NCBI GenBank assembly: GCA_964512695.1
Contig: CAZEJU010000003.1
Span: 9,897 to 73,896, forward strand
Length of the DNA: 64,000 nt
Origin: an uncultured Gammaproteobacteria bacterium
Lineage (GTDB): Bacteria; Patescibacteriota; Microgenomatia; Levybacterales; UBA12049
Direction of reading: 5' to 3'
In this document: in pieces, positions 9,860-19,822 of the stretch
Numbering within the stretch: the stretch's first letter is position 1
Layout of the letters: each line of letters starts with the position of its first letter
The notes under the pieces: generated by a model
Seen by the model: the letters and a program-made list of their open reading frames with translations, nothing else
The model's database searches: none
What the model was told of the DNA's origin: nothing
Position numbers and translations under genes: made by a program

Positions 9860-10492
9860 ATGAAAATTACAAAATATCTACATTCTTGTTTACTTGTTGA
9901 AGAGCAAGGAAAAATTGTACTAATAGATCCTGGTCAGTATACTTATGATGCAAAAGTGTTTCCGCTAGCTACAATCCCGCAAATAGATACTCTGGTGATA
10001 ACTCACGAGCATATAGACCATTTTTCTATACCATTTATAAAAGATATTATTGCCAGATTTCCAAATATCGAAATTTTTAGTAATGAATCTGTTGTCGCTC
10101 TTCTTGATAAAGAAGGCATTGCCGCAACTTCAGATGGCAATGAATATATAACATTACAACCAGTGCCTCATGAAGATGTAGTGATAGCTGTACCACCCCA
10201 GAATGTACTACTTACCGTATTTGGAAAATTCGCAGATCCAGGTGATTCGCATCATTTTTCCACAAACGCACCCATCCTTGCTCTTCCTATACAAGCTCCA
10301 TGGGGTAGTTTTGCTGATGCACTAAAGCTTGCGGAAGAAATTAGCCCGCAGTATGTTATTCCCATTCATGACTGGCATTGGAAAGATGACGTGAGAAAGG
10401 GAATGTACCAACGTGCAGCAGAATATTTACAACAGTCAGATATTCAATTCAAAGGATTAGAAACTGGGGAAACAATAGAATTAGCAATTTAA
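9860..10492 (+). CDS. MBL-fold metallo-hydrolase
   Basis: HSC, IDPG, THEHIDH, GDS, IPIHD. Confidence 0.9.
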   Translation: MKITKYLHSCLLVEEQGKIVLIDPGQYTYDAKVFPLATIPQIDTLVITHEHIDHFSIPFIKDIIARFPNIEIFSNESVVALLDKEGIAATSDGNEYITLQPVPHEDVVIAVPPQNVLLTVFGKFADPGDSHHFSTNAPILALPIQAPWGSFADALKLAEEISPQYVIPIHDWHWKDDVRKGMYQRAAEYLQQSDIQFKGLETGETIELAI

Positions 10493-10493
10493 A

Positions 10494-11009
10494 TCACCTC
10501 AAGAAATTTTCTTCTTTCGGTTCTTGAATTATCTTACTAAAAATAAACTCGTCATTTCCAAACCATGATTTTTTATGGAAACCCACCATCTCAAAACCCA
10601 TTTTTTCATAAAAATTTTTATTCCTCTTATCAGCATATAAATAGAGATTATGTCCGCCTAGCTCTACTATCCTTTCTTCCCAATTTTTTAATAAATTTTT
10701 ACCTATCCCTTTTCTTCGAAATTTCGGATCTACCATAAGCCAAATAGCCAAGCTTACACCAGCAAAAGGATATTCCGCTTCTAAAAAGCCTACGAGCTCT
10801 TCATTCTTAAAAGCACCCAGCAGTATTCTTGTATGGTTTTTAAGAATGGATTCAAAATTTTCTTTGTTCCACATTCGTGGACTTGTTAGCATATACTTTT
10901 TTGATCTTGCTGAGTATTCAGCAAACTCTGCTAGTAAAACAGAAGAAAAAAAATCGAAAAAAATATCTAGCTCTGATAATGCTAGTTGTCTAATCTGCAG
11001 ATTTCTCAT
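10494..11009 (-). CDS. GNAT acetyltransferase
   Basis: V.PKFRRKGIG motif A; FYEKMGF. Confidence 0.9.
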   Translation of the reverse strand: MRNLQIRQLALSELDIFFDFFSSVLLAEFAEYSARSKKYMLTSPRMWNKENFESILKNHTRILLGAFKNEELVGFLEAEYPFAGVSLAIWLMVDPKFRRKGIGKNLLKNWEERIVELGGHNLYLYADKRNKNFYEKMGFEMVGFHKKSWFGNDEFIFSKIIQEPKEENFLR

Positions 11010-11827
11010 TTTACCCGTTTGTTCTCTAAGAGTAAGTTTATAACAACTGCCACTCCTTCTTCTTTATACGAAGGAGCTATATAATCTGCAATTGCTTTTA
11101 ATGCTTCATTTGCATTTTCCATAGCTATTTTATAGCCACAGGCAGTCAATAGCGGGTAGTCGTTATAACCGTCCCCAATGCCAATTACTTCTTCTTCCTT
11201 CAGCCCAAGCATTTTCATTAGCAACAGTACTCCCATATGTTTTGTCGCTTTTATTGAAGTTATATCCCATCCTTTACCTGCTGGGCTACTTGAATCTATA
11301 AAAGAAAGTCTTTTCGATTTCGTGCTAAGCATCTCTTCAACTATCTTTTGCTTAGCAATATCTTTAATAGCGCTTACATGTATTTTTGGTATATCAGCAA
11401 CCACCAGATCTTTAATGTCTTTAAATATATATGGACCATATCCCTTAAATAGGAAAGCATCCGGTGTATAGGCGACATCTTTTTTTTCGACTGCGAACAT
11501 TATACCTTCTTCTAGAAACAGTTTTATTAGTTCTCTAACATCACTATCTGGCATATATTCTATATGCAATGTCTTTCCAGACTGCGGGTCGACTATTTCA
11601 GCACCACCGCGCGTTATAATAGGATTTGTTAGAGCAAGAAGCCTACATGTTTGTTGCAGTATTCCTGGAAATGCTCTTCCAGAAGCAATTGAAAAAATAG
11701 ATTGAGAGTCTACCCATCGTTTAATCGCAGCTTTTACCTTTAATGGAATCTGAAAGTCTGAACCTGCTAGTGTTCCATCGAAGTCGCTTATGATGGCTTT
11801 ATACTTTTTTGAATTTTGAAGATTCAT
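11006..11827 (-). CDS. Cof-type HAD-IIB hydrolase
   Basis: DFDGTL, ASGR, GDGYND, AMENA. Confidence 0.9.
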   Translation of the reverse strand: MNLQNSKKYKAIISDFDGTLAGSDFQIPLKVKAAIKRWVDSQSIFSIASGRAFPGILQQTCRLLALTNPIITRGGAEIVDPQSGKTLHIEYMPDSDVRELIKLFLEEGIMFAVEKKDVAYTPDAFLFKGYGPYIFKDIKDLVVADIPKIHVSAIKDIAKQKIVEEMLSTKSKRLSFIDSSSPAGKGWDITSIKATKHMGVLLLMKMLGLKEEEVIGIGDGYNDYPLLTACGYKIAMENANEALKAIADYIAPSYKEEGVAVVINLLLENKRVK

Positions 11828-12294
11828 TAACGCTTTGGAGATTGCTTTCTTCTTCGGGCTTTACCACCTGTGCCGACCTTTCGTCGTTCACGTACACGAT
11901 CATCTCGTGTAAGAAAGCCTTTCTTCTTTAGCAAGGGTCTATATTCATCTGGCTCTAATGCTGCTAAAGCACGGGAAATACCTGAAGCTACAGCTTCTAA
12001 CTGACCTTCAATACCTCCTCCAACTACTCTAATAGTAAACGCATATTTATTTTGAGCATTTACCACACGGAGAGGCTCACTGTACGTCCTTCGCATTACC
12101 TCACTAGAAAAATATTCAGTAATAGGTTTCTCATTTACTAGCATTTCTCCTTTTACAATAGGTTGTTGATTCCAAACAGCATCAGGCTTAACACTTGTAT
12201 AAAGACGTACTCGTGCTACCGCTTGTTTCCGGCGACCAACTGCAAATATATAATCCTTTTTTTGTTGTTTTGTTTGTTTAACTTGTTCTACCAT
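11827..12294 (-). CDS. rpsI: 30S ribosomal protein S9
   Basis: GRRK.AVARV, RERRK.G...AR..Q.PKR. Confidence 0.97.
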   Translation of the reverse strand: MVEQVKQTKQQKKDYIFAVGRRKQAVARVRLYTSVKPDAVWNQQPIVKGEMLVNEKPITEYFSSEVMRRTYSEPLRVVNAQNKYAFTIRVVGGGIEGQLEAVASGISRALAALEPDEYRPLLKKKGFLTRDDRVRERRKVGTGGKARRRKQSPKR

Positions 12295-12308
12295 ATAATT
12301 TTTGAATT

Positions 12309-12731
12309 TTAACTTTTAAATTTATCATTGTATGTATGTTGTTCACCCGAGAAAATAAATAAACGCTTCATCATACTGGCAGCAAGTTTATTATCAGGTA
12401 ACATACCTTTTACTGCATGTCGAATAATCTCCTCAGGTTTTCGCTCCCGTAACTCACGTAACGTTTCTGATCGATATCCTCCTGGATACCCAGAGTGTCT
12501 TACATATGTCTTCTGTTCTTCCTTCTTACCTGTTACATTAACATCTTTAGCATTCGTAATAACCACATAATCACCACAGTCAAGATTACGAACAAAGTAC
12601 GGTTTGCTTTTACCCATTAGTAATTGTGCAATCTCTGTCGCGAATCTACCTAAAGTTTTTCCTCGAGCATCTCGTAAATGCCATGCTCTCTCAACTGTAC
12701 CTATTTTTGTAGGAACTGTAATCCCATTCAT
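12309..12731 (-). CDS. rplM: 50S ribosomal protein L13
   Basis: DCGDYVV, HSGYPGG, AVKGMLP. Confidence 0.97.
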   Translation of the reverse strand: MNGITVPTKIGTVERAWHLRDARGKTLGRFATEIAQLLMGKSKPYFVRNLDCGDYVVITNAKDVNVTGKKEEQKTYVRHSGYPGGYRSETLRELRERKPEEIIRHAVKGMLPDNKLAASMMKRLFIFSGEQHTYNDKFKS

Positions 12732-13267
12732 TATTTTTTCTCCTTTTTTACGGCTTCTTTTTTACCTTTTGTTCCATGCTGTGATTTACTACTTACTTTT
12801 TTATCTGTTTTTTTCTCGGCTTTTACATTTTTTGCTCCACTATTCAGAGCTATTACCTTATCAGTATTCGCAGCTTTAGTAACTTTCTTCTTATTTTTTT
12901 CACTTAACTGAATACCTTTATCAACCCATTCTATAATCACTACGGATGCATCATCTCCAAAACGTTTTCCCAATCTCATAATCCGTGTATATCCTCCTGG
13001 TCTATTTATGAAACGAGGAGCAATATCTGTAATCATCCTTTTTGCTGCATCTTCATGTAAATAAGGTAATAAAAAAGGAGTCGCTGCAACACCTTTTATC
13101 TTTGCCCTCGTTACAAGCTTCTCAACTGAACCTTTTATTGCTTTCGCTTTTTCTTCAGTTGTCTGGATACGCTCTTTTAAGACTAACGATGACATTAAAC
13201 CCTTAAAAAGGGCTTTTCTTTCATTTGCATCTCTTTTAAATTGTCTTCCAAAAACATTTTTTTTCAT
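12731..13267 (-). CDS. rplQ: 50S ribosomal protein L17 with Lys-rich C-terminal tail
   Basis: RIQTT..KAK, RPGGYTRI, R.GD. Confidence 0.96.
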   Translation of the reverse strand: MKKNVFGRQFKRDANERKALFKGLMSSLVLKERIQTTEEKAKAIKGSVEKLVTRAKIKGVAATPFLLPYLHEDAAKRMITDIAPRFINRPGGYTRIMRLGKRFGDDASVVIIEWVDKGIQLSEKNKKKVTKAANTDKVIALNSGAKNVKAEKKTDKKVSSKSQHGTKGKKEAVKKEKK

Positions 13268-13272
13268 AAAAA

Positions 13273-13380
13273 AATCTCAAAACTCAAATCTCAAATCGTA
13301 AAACTACAACGCAAATCGTAAATCTCTATGTATTGATTTACTGCTGTAGATTTGACATTTGAGATCTAAGATTTGAGATT
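13273..13380. repeat. Heptamer-periodic palindromic element (AATCTCA type)
   Basis: Left arm aatctca-aaactca-aatctca-aatcgta-aaactaca; right arm is its imperfect reverse complement. Confidence 0.85.
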
Positions 13381-13383
13381 CAA

Positions 13384-14313
13384 TTAGGCAGGTAATGTTA
13401 TTCCTTTAGCTTGAAGCTTCTCTTCGATGACTGTTAATGACTTCCCACCCATATTCCTCATACCAACAAGTTCTTTACGAGGAGTGTTAATTAATTCTTC
13501 TACTGTCTCTATTCCACCATTTCTCAAAGAATTATAAATTCTCGTAGGTAAATCCAATTCATCGATAGTGAGTTTTAATGTCTCAGGTGCAATTGTAGAA
13601 ACTGTAGTTGTAGCTTCTCCATCGGTAGTTACAGGAGCTTTTGGATTGTAAACCATAAAGAATGACTCTGCAAGAATTTTTGCTGCATCATCAAGAGCTT
13701 TTCTAGGATTAATCGTACCATTTGTCCAAATTTTAATTACAAGCTTATCAAGATTTGTTTGTCTTCCTACACGCGTTGCTTCAACAGTATATGTAACTCT
13801 TTTTATTGGTACAAATACAGCATCTGTTGGGATTATTTCTAGACTTGAAGATTTTCGATCTTCTGCTAGCGAATAACCTAATCCTCTTTCTACTGTTAAT
13901 TCCATTTCTAATTTTGCCTTTGGACCCGTTAGTGTTCCTAAATAAAGATCTTTATTCATAACTTCAACGCCATCAGTTTCCTCTAAATCTGCAGCTGTGA
14001 CTACTTTATCTCCTTTGACAGATAGCTTGATAGTTGCTGATTCTTTAGAATCTGCAAGCTTGATACAAACTTGTTTAATATTAAGAAGAAGATCAATAAT
14101 ATTTTCTTTTAATCCTGGAAGAGTTGAGAATCGATGTTTTACTCCACTAATACGTACAGAGGTTACTGCAGCACCAGGAGTAGACGTATAAAGAACACGT
14201 CTAAGAGCATTTCCCATAGTATAACCATAACCTGGCTCAAGTGGTTCGATAACGAACTCACCATATTCTTCTGTCAGTGTAGCTTCTTTAACTTTAAAAT
14301 CTAATTCGACCAT
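13384..14313 (-). CDS. rpoA: RNA polymerase alpha subunit
   Basis: IEPLEPGYGYTMGNALRR; alpha-CTD LDLPTRIYNSL. Confidence 0.98.
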   Translation of the reverse strand: MVELDFKVKEATLTEEYGEFVIEPLEPGYGYTMGNALRRVLYTSTPGAAVTSVRISGVKHRFSTLPGLKENIIDLLLNIKQVCIKLADSKESATIKLSVKGDKVVTAADLEETDGVEVMNKDLYLGTLTGPKAKLEMELTVERGLGYSLAEDRKSSSLEIIPTDAVFVPIKRVTYTVEATRVGRQTNLDKLVIKIWTNGTINPRKALDDAAKILAESFFMVYNPKAPVTTDGEATTTVSTIAPETLKLTIDELDLPTRIYNSLRNGGIETVEELINTPRKELVGMRNMGGKSLTVIEEKLQAKGITLPA

Positions 14314-14331
14314 ATAGTAATAATAATTATA

Positions 14332-14392
14332 GCTAAAAGTTGGATTGTAATAAGTGTAGAATTGCTTATATTTCCACAATCTAACTTCTAGC
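14332..14392. repeat. Intergenic inverted repeat between rpsD and rpoA
   Basis: gctaaaagttggattgt / acaatctaacttctagc, 15 of 17 positions complementary. Confidence 0.7.
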
Positions 14393-14420
14393 ATCTAGAC
14401 TCAACTTGTCTAGTATACCA

Positions 14421-15023
14421 TTAACGAGAATAATATTCAATAATCTGTCTTGTGTTAAATGGTAGCTCAATATCTTCTCTTTTTGGCATACGAACAAGCT
14501 TTCCTTGATTACCCTCTTTCGAAAGAAAGGAAACAACTGGCACATTTTCTTCCATAAGTTTCATAATATCGGGATTCTTCTGCATTGCATTAGAAATGCT
14601 GATTATATCATTTTCTTTTACCTGATATGATGGAATGGTCATTTTCTCTCCATTAACTGTAACATGCCCATGGGTAACCATTTGTCTAGCCATAAATCTG
14701 GATTTAGCGAATCCCAAACGATATATAACGTTATCTAAACGTGTCTCTAAAAGAGATAAAAGTAATTCTTCTGTGTCACCCTTTTGTTTAGATACACGAT
14801 CAACTAATTGTTTAAACTGTTTTTCAAGCACTCCGTAAATAGCTTTTGCTTTCTGTTTCTCTCGAAGTTGTAAACCGTACTCAGATAACCTTCTTTTTCT
14901 TTTTCTTCCATGAACACCAGGTGGGATACTAATACGACGAAGCAAACTTGCAGATGTTTTATCAAGAATATTGACTCCTTCTCTTCGTGCAATTCGATGT
15001 TTAGGACCTGTATAGTGTGCCAT
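14421..15023 (-). CDS. rpsD: 30S ribosomal protein S4
   Basis: SEYGLQLREKQK, LETRLDNV, ARQMVTHGH, IIEYYSR. Confidence 0.98.
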   Translation of the reverse strand: MAHYTGPKHRIARREGVNILDKTSASLLRRISIPPGVHGRKRKRRLSEYGLQLREKQKAKAIYGVLEKQFKQLVDRVSKQKGDTEELLLSLLETRLDNVIYRLGFAKSRFMARQMVTHGHVTVNGEKMTIPSYQVKENDIISISNAMQKNPDIMKLMEENVPVVSFLSKEGNQGKLVRMPKREDIELPFNTRQIIEYYSR

Positions 15024-15424
15024 TATACTCTCCTCCTTTTTTGTGCTCTAGGACCATTATGAGGAATCGGTGTTATATCTGTGATGGACACAATACTTAA
15101 TCCTCCTGCTTTTACTCCGCGTAATGCAGATTCTCTTCCTGAACCTGGTCCTTTAATAAAGACATCAACTGTCTTTAAACCACTTACTACTGCCTTTTTT
15201 GCAGCGTCTTCTACAGCAAGTGATGCTGCGTATGGTGTGGACTTCCTCGTACCTTTGAATCCTTTTGCTCCAGAAGAACTCCATGAGATAGCATCACCAG
15301 TATCATTCGTGATAGTAACAAGTGTATTATTAAATGTCGCGCTTATATAGACTTTTCCATGTACACCTACAGTAAGTGTACTTTTCTTTTTCGTTTGTTT
15401 TACTACTGCCGTTTTTTTAGCCAT
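15023..15424 (-). CDS. rpsK: 30S ribosomal protein S11
   Basis: [22 protein letters not shown]. Confidence 0.98.
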   Translation of the reverse strand: MAKKTAVVKQTKKKSTLTVGVHGKVYISATFNNTLVTITNDTGDAISWSSSGAKGFKGTRKSTPYAASLAVEDAAKKAVVSGLKTVDVFIKGPGSGRESALRGVKAGGLSIVSITDITPIPHNGPRAQKRRRV

Positions 15425-15445
15425 ATATTATTAAATCACTACTTA

Positions 15446-15859
15446 CTACTTTGCTGCTTCTTTAGTTTTCTGTGCAGCTTCAATCTTTGCCATGACTTCT
15501 TTCTTAATAGCACCAATTGTAACACGTTTACCACGTTTTGTACGTGCATTCGAGCGTGTTCTTTGGCCTCGCGCTGGAAGATTCCGAGCATGACGCATTC
15601 CTTTATATGAACCAATCTCTTTTAATCTGCGTATATTTCCTTGTACTTCTGCTCGTAAATCTCCTTCAATCTTTATATGTTCTAAAGCATCCGTTATTTT
15701 TTTAACTTCAGATTCTGTTAACGTTTTTGCTCGCTTAGCACCATCAATCTCTGCTTTTGCTAAGATATTCTTTACGTTACTTCTTCCGATACCATAAAGG
15801 TACGTTAACGCAATATCAATTCTCTTTTCGTCTGGTATAGTTGCACCAAGTATTCTCAT
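15446..15859 (-). CDS. rpsM: 30S ribosomal protein S13
   Basis: ALTYLYGIG, RGQRTRSNARTKRG. Confidence 0.98.
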   Translation of the reverse strand: MRILGATIPDEKRIDIALTYLYGIGRSNVKNILAKAEIDGAKRAKTLTESEVKKITDALEHIKIEGDLRAEVQGNIRRLKEIGSYKGMRHARNLPARGQRTRSNARTKRGKRVTIGAIKKEVMAKIEAAQKTKEAAK

Positions 15860-15866
15860 AATCTAG

Positions 15867-15980
15867 TTATCCTTGCCTCTGCTTGTGTTTTGCTGTTGTA
15901 CAGACAATATATACAACACCTTTTCGTCTAATAATCTTACAATTTTTGCATCGAGGCTTTACACTTGCTTGTACTTTCAT
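15867..15980 (-). CDS. rpmJ: 50S ribosomal protein L36 (Zn-binding type), not in the ORF track
   Basis: Manual translation [37 protein letters not shown]. Confidence 0.97.
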   Translation of the reverse strand: MKVQASVKPRCKNCKIIRRKGVVYIVCTTAKHKQRQG

Positions 15981-15981
15981 A

Positions 15982-16200
15982 TTATTTTGTTCTCCTTACT
16001 ATTCTTCCTTTCGTCGGGTCATACTTCGTCATCTCAACCCTTACCTTGTCACCAGGTAAAATACGTATAAAATTCATTCGCATCTTTCCTGATAAATGAC
16101 AAAGAACGATAGAACCATCCTCTAGCTCAACACGAAAAAGTGTATTGGGCAAAGCTTCTTTTACAATTCCATCAACTTCAATCGATCCCTGATGAGCCAT
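15982..16200 (-). CDS. infA: Translation initiation factor IF-1
   Basis: [27 protein letters not shown]. Confidence 0.97.
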   Translation of the reverse strand: MAHQGSIEVDGIVKEALPNTLFRVELEDGSIVLCHLSGKMRMNFIRILPGDKVRVEMTKYDPTKGRIVRRTK

Positions 16201-16340
16201 ATGACACGAAACACACGAATACAGCTTCTCATTCAAAAAACGTTTCGTGTTTTTCGAGAGCGAGGTGATCTTGAAGTTCAATTCTCAACTCGCGAACTAT
16301 CGCGAACAGGCAGAATAAGAAAGCGCATTCGTGTCTTTTC
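16201..16340 (-). promoter_or_regulatory. Structured 5' leader of the infA-alpha operon
   Basis: Long basal stem enclosing internal hairpins, ending next to the ATG. Confidence 0.55.
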
Positions 16341-16344
16341 GCAT

Positions 16345-16373
16345 ATTATAGCAAACAAGCCTAGAAAGAGCAA
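16345..16373 (-). promoter_or_regulatory. Sigma70 promoter for infA
   Basis: TTGCTC-17 nt-TATAAT with extended TG. Confidence 0.75.
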
Positions 16374-16376
16374 ACA

Positions 16377-17156
16377 TTATTTTGTCAATATTTCAGGACC
16401 ATTCTCAATTATAGCTATTGAACGCTCAAAAACCGCAGATAAACTCCCGTCAGCTGACTTTATAGTCCAATCATCCGTACCAGCATACACGACATCCGGC
16501 CTACCCATATTATAAATTACCTCAACAGCGATGGTCATTCCCTTTTCAAGTAAAGGAGTTCGTGATATAGGCTGGTCGAGAAAACCGGGCACCTCTGGCT
16601 CTTCGTGAAGCTCTTTTCCTACCCCATGACCTATTAATGTACGAACGATAGAGTAGCCACCTTCTTTTTCCACAATATCTTGTATCGCTTTAGAAATATG
16701 TCCAATACGATTCCCTAATACAGCCTGAGCAATACCTGCCTCCAAAGCCTTTTTACCAATAGCTAAAAAGAGCTGTTTTTCTTTGTAATTTTGAGTTTTG
16801 AGTTTGGAGTTTTGAGTTGAGACCAGTATGGTCTCGGCCATATCGGTATGATATCCCTGAAAATATACGCCAGCGTCTATACATACGACGTCTCTTTCTT
16901 TAAATTTATAGGGAGAAGGAACTCCATGTACAACAACATCATTCGTACAAATACACAACGTGTGATGGTATCCTGGAACTTTTTTAAACCCTGGTTCTCC
17001 ACCTTTTTCCCGGATTAACCTTTCTGCCAAAGTATCTATCTCTATTTCAGAAACTCCTGGTTTTACATTCCCAAGCACTTCCCACAATACATCTGAGAGA
17101 ATTTTTCCCCCTTGTTTCATATATTCAATTTGTTTTAAATTTTTTATATCTATCAT
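16377..17156 (-). CDS. map: Methionine aminopeptidase type I
   Basis: VVHGVP, D.G...GYHTD, GHGVG..LHEEP. Confidence 0.96.
   Translation of the reverse strand: MIDIKNLKQIEYMKQGGKILSDVLWEVLGNVKPGVSEIEIDTLAERLIREKGGEPGFKKVPGYHHTLCICTNDVVVHGVPSPYKFKERDVVCIDAGVYFQGYHTDMAETILVSTQNSKLKTQNYKEKQLFLAIGKKALEAGIAQAVLGNRIGHISKAIQDIVEKEGGYSIVRTLIGHGVGKELHEEPEVPGFLDQPISRTPLLEKGMTIAVEVIYNMGRPDVVYAGTDDWTIKSADGSLSAVFERSIAIIENGPEILTK
16784..16818. repeat. In-frame heptamer array inside map
   Basis: tgtaatt ttgagtt ttgagtt tggagtt ttgagtt, encoding TQNSKLKTQNY. Confidence 0.85.
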
Positions 17157-17854
17157 AGTAAACCTCTCTTACGTATTTCATCTAAGATTACCTTTACTGT
17201 TTTCTCTTTAGAATAATCAGAGTTATCGATCATTATATACCCCTGACGTTCTGGATTTACTGGTAAGGGATATATTTTCCTTTCTTCATCACGACTATCT
17301 CTCTGTTTAATTTCTTCTGCTACCTCAGCTAATGAGATATTTGTCATTCCCATTGCTAACCATTGTTGTAATCGTCTTTCTGCACGAACAGACAACCGTG
17401 CAGTTAAATATAACTTAACATCTGCAGAAGGAAAAATCGCTGTTGCAGTATTTCTACCTTCTATAACAATTATAGCTCCCCTCGCTAACCGTTCATTAGA
17501 AACTGAACGGTAGATACTAATCATTTCATACTGGACTTCATTAATAGTAGCTATTTTCGAAGAAGCTGCTGATACTTCTACTGTTCTTATTTTATCGGAT
17601 ACGTCATCTTTATTTAATAAAACCCGCTTTTCTCCCAAAAAATGTATAGATATTTTTGGTAATGCTGTTATTACTGCATTTTTATCCTCAACATTTATCC
17701 CATGCTCCAAACAGTATAATGCTAAACATCTAAAAAACACTCCAGTATCAATATAAAAACCTCCCAGCTTTTCTGCAAGTAAAGGTGCAAGCGTTCCTTT
17801 ACCGGAGGCCATGGGACCATCTATAGCTATAATGAAACCTTTTCTCTCTGTCAT
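17153..17854 (-). CDS. cmk: Cytidylate kinase
   Basis: IAIDGP.ASGKGT, IDTG, EGR, RDSRD. Confidence 0.92.
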   Translation of the reverse strand: MTERKGFIIAIDGPMASGKGTLAPLLAEKLGGFYIDTGVFFRCLALYCLEHGINVEDKNAVITALPKISIHFLGEKRVLLNKDDVSDKIRTVEVSAASSKIATINEVQYEMISIYRSVSNERLARGAIIVIEGRNTATAIFPSADVKLYLTARLSVRAERRLQQWLAMGMTNISLAEVAEEIKQRDSRDEERKIYPLPVNPERQGYIMIDNSDYSKEKTVKVILDEIRKRGLL

Positions 17855-17914
17855 GCCTAACATGTTTCGGCATCCTCAAATAGCGGATCCTGAAACAGGT
17901 TTAGAATAACAGAG
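17846..17914. repeat. Degenerate REP-like palindrome dimer (GTCAT...ATGAC type)
   Basis: ctctgtcatgcctaacatgtttcggcatcc / ggatcctgaaacaggtttagaataacagag. Confidence 0.7.
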
Positions 17915-17919
17915 GAAAT

Positions 17920-18489
17920 CTATACACGAAGTTTACTCATAATTTCTTTATGGATTTTTTCGACAGGTTGTTCGCCATTCACTTCTATAAGTAAACGTTT
18001 TCTATGGTAATAATGAAGAACAGGTTCGGTAAATTTATGGAATAATTCAATTCTATGTCTGACTGCAGCAAGTGTTTCATCATCTCTTTGTTCAGTTTCA
18101 TGTTCTTCTCTGTAGGATAATCTCCATAACGCCTCCCGATCAGATACTTTTAAATAAATAACTTCATCTATCTTCTCGTCAAATGCTTCTGCTTGCTTCA
18201 ATGTTCTTGGAAAACCATCAAGAATATATCCTGAAATATATTCTGACCTTTTAAGATATTCCGAAACAATCTTTATAGTCCGGTTATCAGGTATTAATGT
18301 CCCCGCATGAAGAAGCTCTTTAATATAACGGCCTAATTTAGAGCGTTCTTTAGCTAGCTCACGAAAAATATGACCTGTAGAGAGATATGGAACATGAAGC
18401 TGTTTAGAAAGTAAATTACCCTGTGTGGATTTCCCTGAACCCTGGATACCGATAATTATTATTTTTAGTGTTTTACTTTCTGAAGTCAT
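17920..18489 (-). CDS. adk: Adenylate kinase, short-LID type
   Basis: G.QGSGKSTQ, STG.IFR, GYILDGFPR, RDDE; lies after secY. Confidence 0.93.
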   Translation of the reverse strand: MTSESKTLKIIIIGIQGSGKSTQGNLLSKQLHVPYLSTGHIFRELAKERSKLGRYIKELLHAGTLIPDNRTIKIVSEYLKRSEYISGYILDGFPRTLKQAEAFDEKIDEVIYLKVSDREALWRLSYREEHETEQRDDETLAAVRHRIELFHKFTEPVLHYYHRKRLLIEVNGEQPVEKIHKEIMSKLRV

Positions 18490-18494
18490 TGTTT

Positions 18495-19784
18495 CTATTT
18501 CCTCAAGAACTCTTCATAGTTACGAGTAACAAGATTGGCTTCTATAGATTTAAACATTTCTAATACTACACTAACAACGATAAGAATACCTGTACCTCCT
18601 AATAATAAAGTCTGTGTGTTTGTTATTCCTTGAACTGCTGTTGGAAGGATGGCTATCAGACCTAAAAATAATGCACCAACCAATGTTATTCTGTTTAAAA
18701 TATAATTTAAATATTTTGCAGTTTGGCTTCCTGGACGAATACCTGGGATAAATCCACCATATTTTTGAATTTCCTCTGCTATTTTTTGAGGATTGAAAAC
18801 AACAGCAGTATAGAAATAAGTAAATCCAACAACCAGAATGAAATACATAATATTATAAGGAATTCCTACTGGATTAAACCAGGTTGTCAACGTCTGACCT
18901 ATATTACTAAGATTCTTATCAGGTGAAGATATAAGATAATTACCTAACAGTGAAGGCAAGAGGACAAGAGATACTGCAAAAATTATTGGGATAACTCCAG
19001 CTTGATTTAACCGAAGAGGTAAATGGGTAGACTGACCACCAGCCATTTTACTTCCTCTTACTCTTTTCGCATAATACACAGTAATTTGTCTTGTAGCTTC
19101 ATTAACCACAATAATTGCCGCAATCATTACTACGCTTAAAAGTAATAATAAACCAGTCGTAAGAATATTCTCCGAGGTTATAGTTTCTGCAGTCTGTCCC
19201 AAAAGAATAGGTAGTCTTCCTACGATTCCCGCGAAAATCAGTACGGATGTACCGTTACCCACACCTCGTTCTGAAATCAACTCCCCAAGCCATACCAAAA
19301 ACATTGTGCCCGCAACCATTGTTAAAATAAATGATATAAGACCTAACGGCGGAAGTGTCGAAATAATACCTTGACTACGAAGTAAAGCATACATTCCGAG
19401 AGCTTGAAGTGCGCCTAGAGGAACAGTAATAAAACGAGTATATTGATTTATCTTTCTTCTTCCTTGTTCTCCTTCCTTCGATAACTCTTCTAATTTCGGG
19501 AAGATCATGGTTAAAAGTTGCAGAATGATAGATGCATTAATATAAGGATTCAAGCCTAAGGCCATAATAGAAAAATTAGCAAGAGTTCCTCCTGAAAAGA
19601 TATCGAGTAACCCGAGGAATTGATTTTGGCTAAACAAATTCCGGAGTTGTGTTACATTTACACCCGCAACAGGAATATATGCAAATAACCTGAAGATGAA
19701 AAGTATAACAATAGTAAACAGAATTTTCTTTCGAATTTCTGGAGTACTTAAACTTTTACGGAGAGTACGGATCGCTTCATTCAT
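18495..19784 (-). CDS. secY: Preprotein translocase SecY
   Basis: [33 protein letters not shown]. Confidence 0.98.
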   Translation of the reverse strand: MNEAIRTLRKSLSTPEIRKKILFTIVILFIFRLFAYIPVAGVNVTQLRNLFSQNQFLGLLDIFSGGTLANFSIMALGLNPYINASIILQLLTMIFPKLEELSKEGEQGRRKINQYTRFITVPLGALQALGMYALLRSQGIISTLPPLGLISFILTMVAGTMFLVWLGELISERGVGNGTSVLIFAGIVGRLPILLGQTAETITSENILTTGLLLLLSVVMIAAIIVVNEATRQITVYYAKRVRGSKMAGGQSTHLPLRLNQAGVIPIIFAVSLVLLPSLLGNYLISSPDKNLSNIGQTLTTWFNPVGIPYNIMYFILVVGFTYFYTAVVFNPQKIAEEIQKYGGFIPGIRPGSQTAKYLNYILNRITLVGALFLGLIAILPTAVQGITNTQTLLLGGTGILIVVSVVLEMFKSIEANLVTRNYEEFLRK

Positions 19785-19822
19785 GGATTGTTAGCTAATT
19801 TACGCTGATACAGCATTTTTAA

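Noticed and set aside
13273-13380. Heptamer arrays as CRISPR or simple terminators
   Set aside because: No repeat-spacer structure and no cas genes; the stems are long, AT-rich and lie inside co-transcribed operons.
14314-14394. Long N-terminal extensions given by the ORF track for rpoA, infA, rplW, rplF, GH18, pcrA and 5422
   Set aside because: They run through hairpins, promoters or upstream genes; downstream ATGs match family starts.
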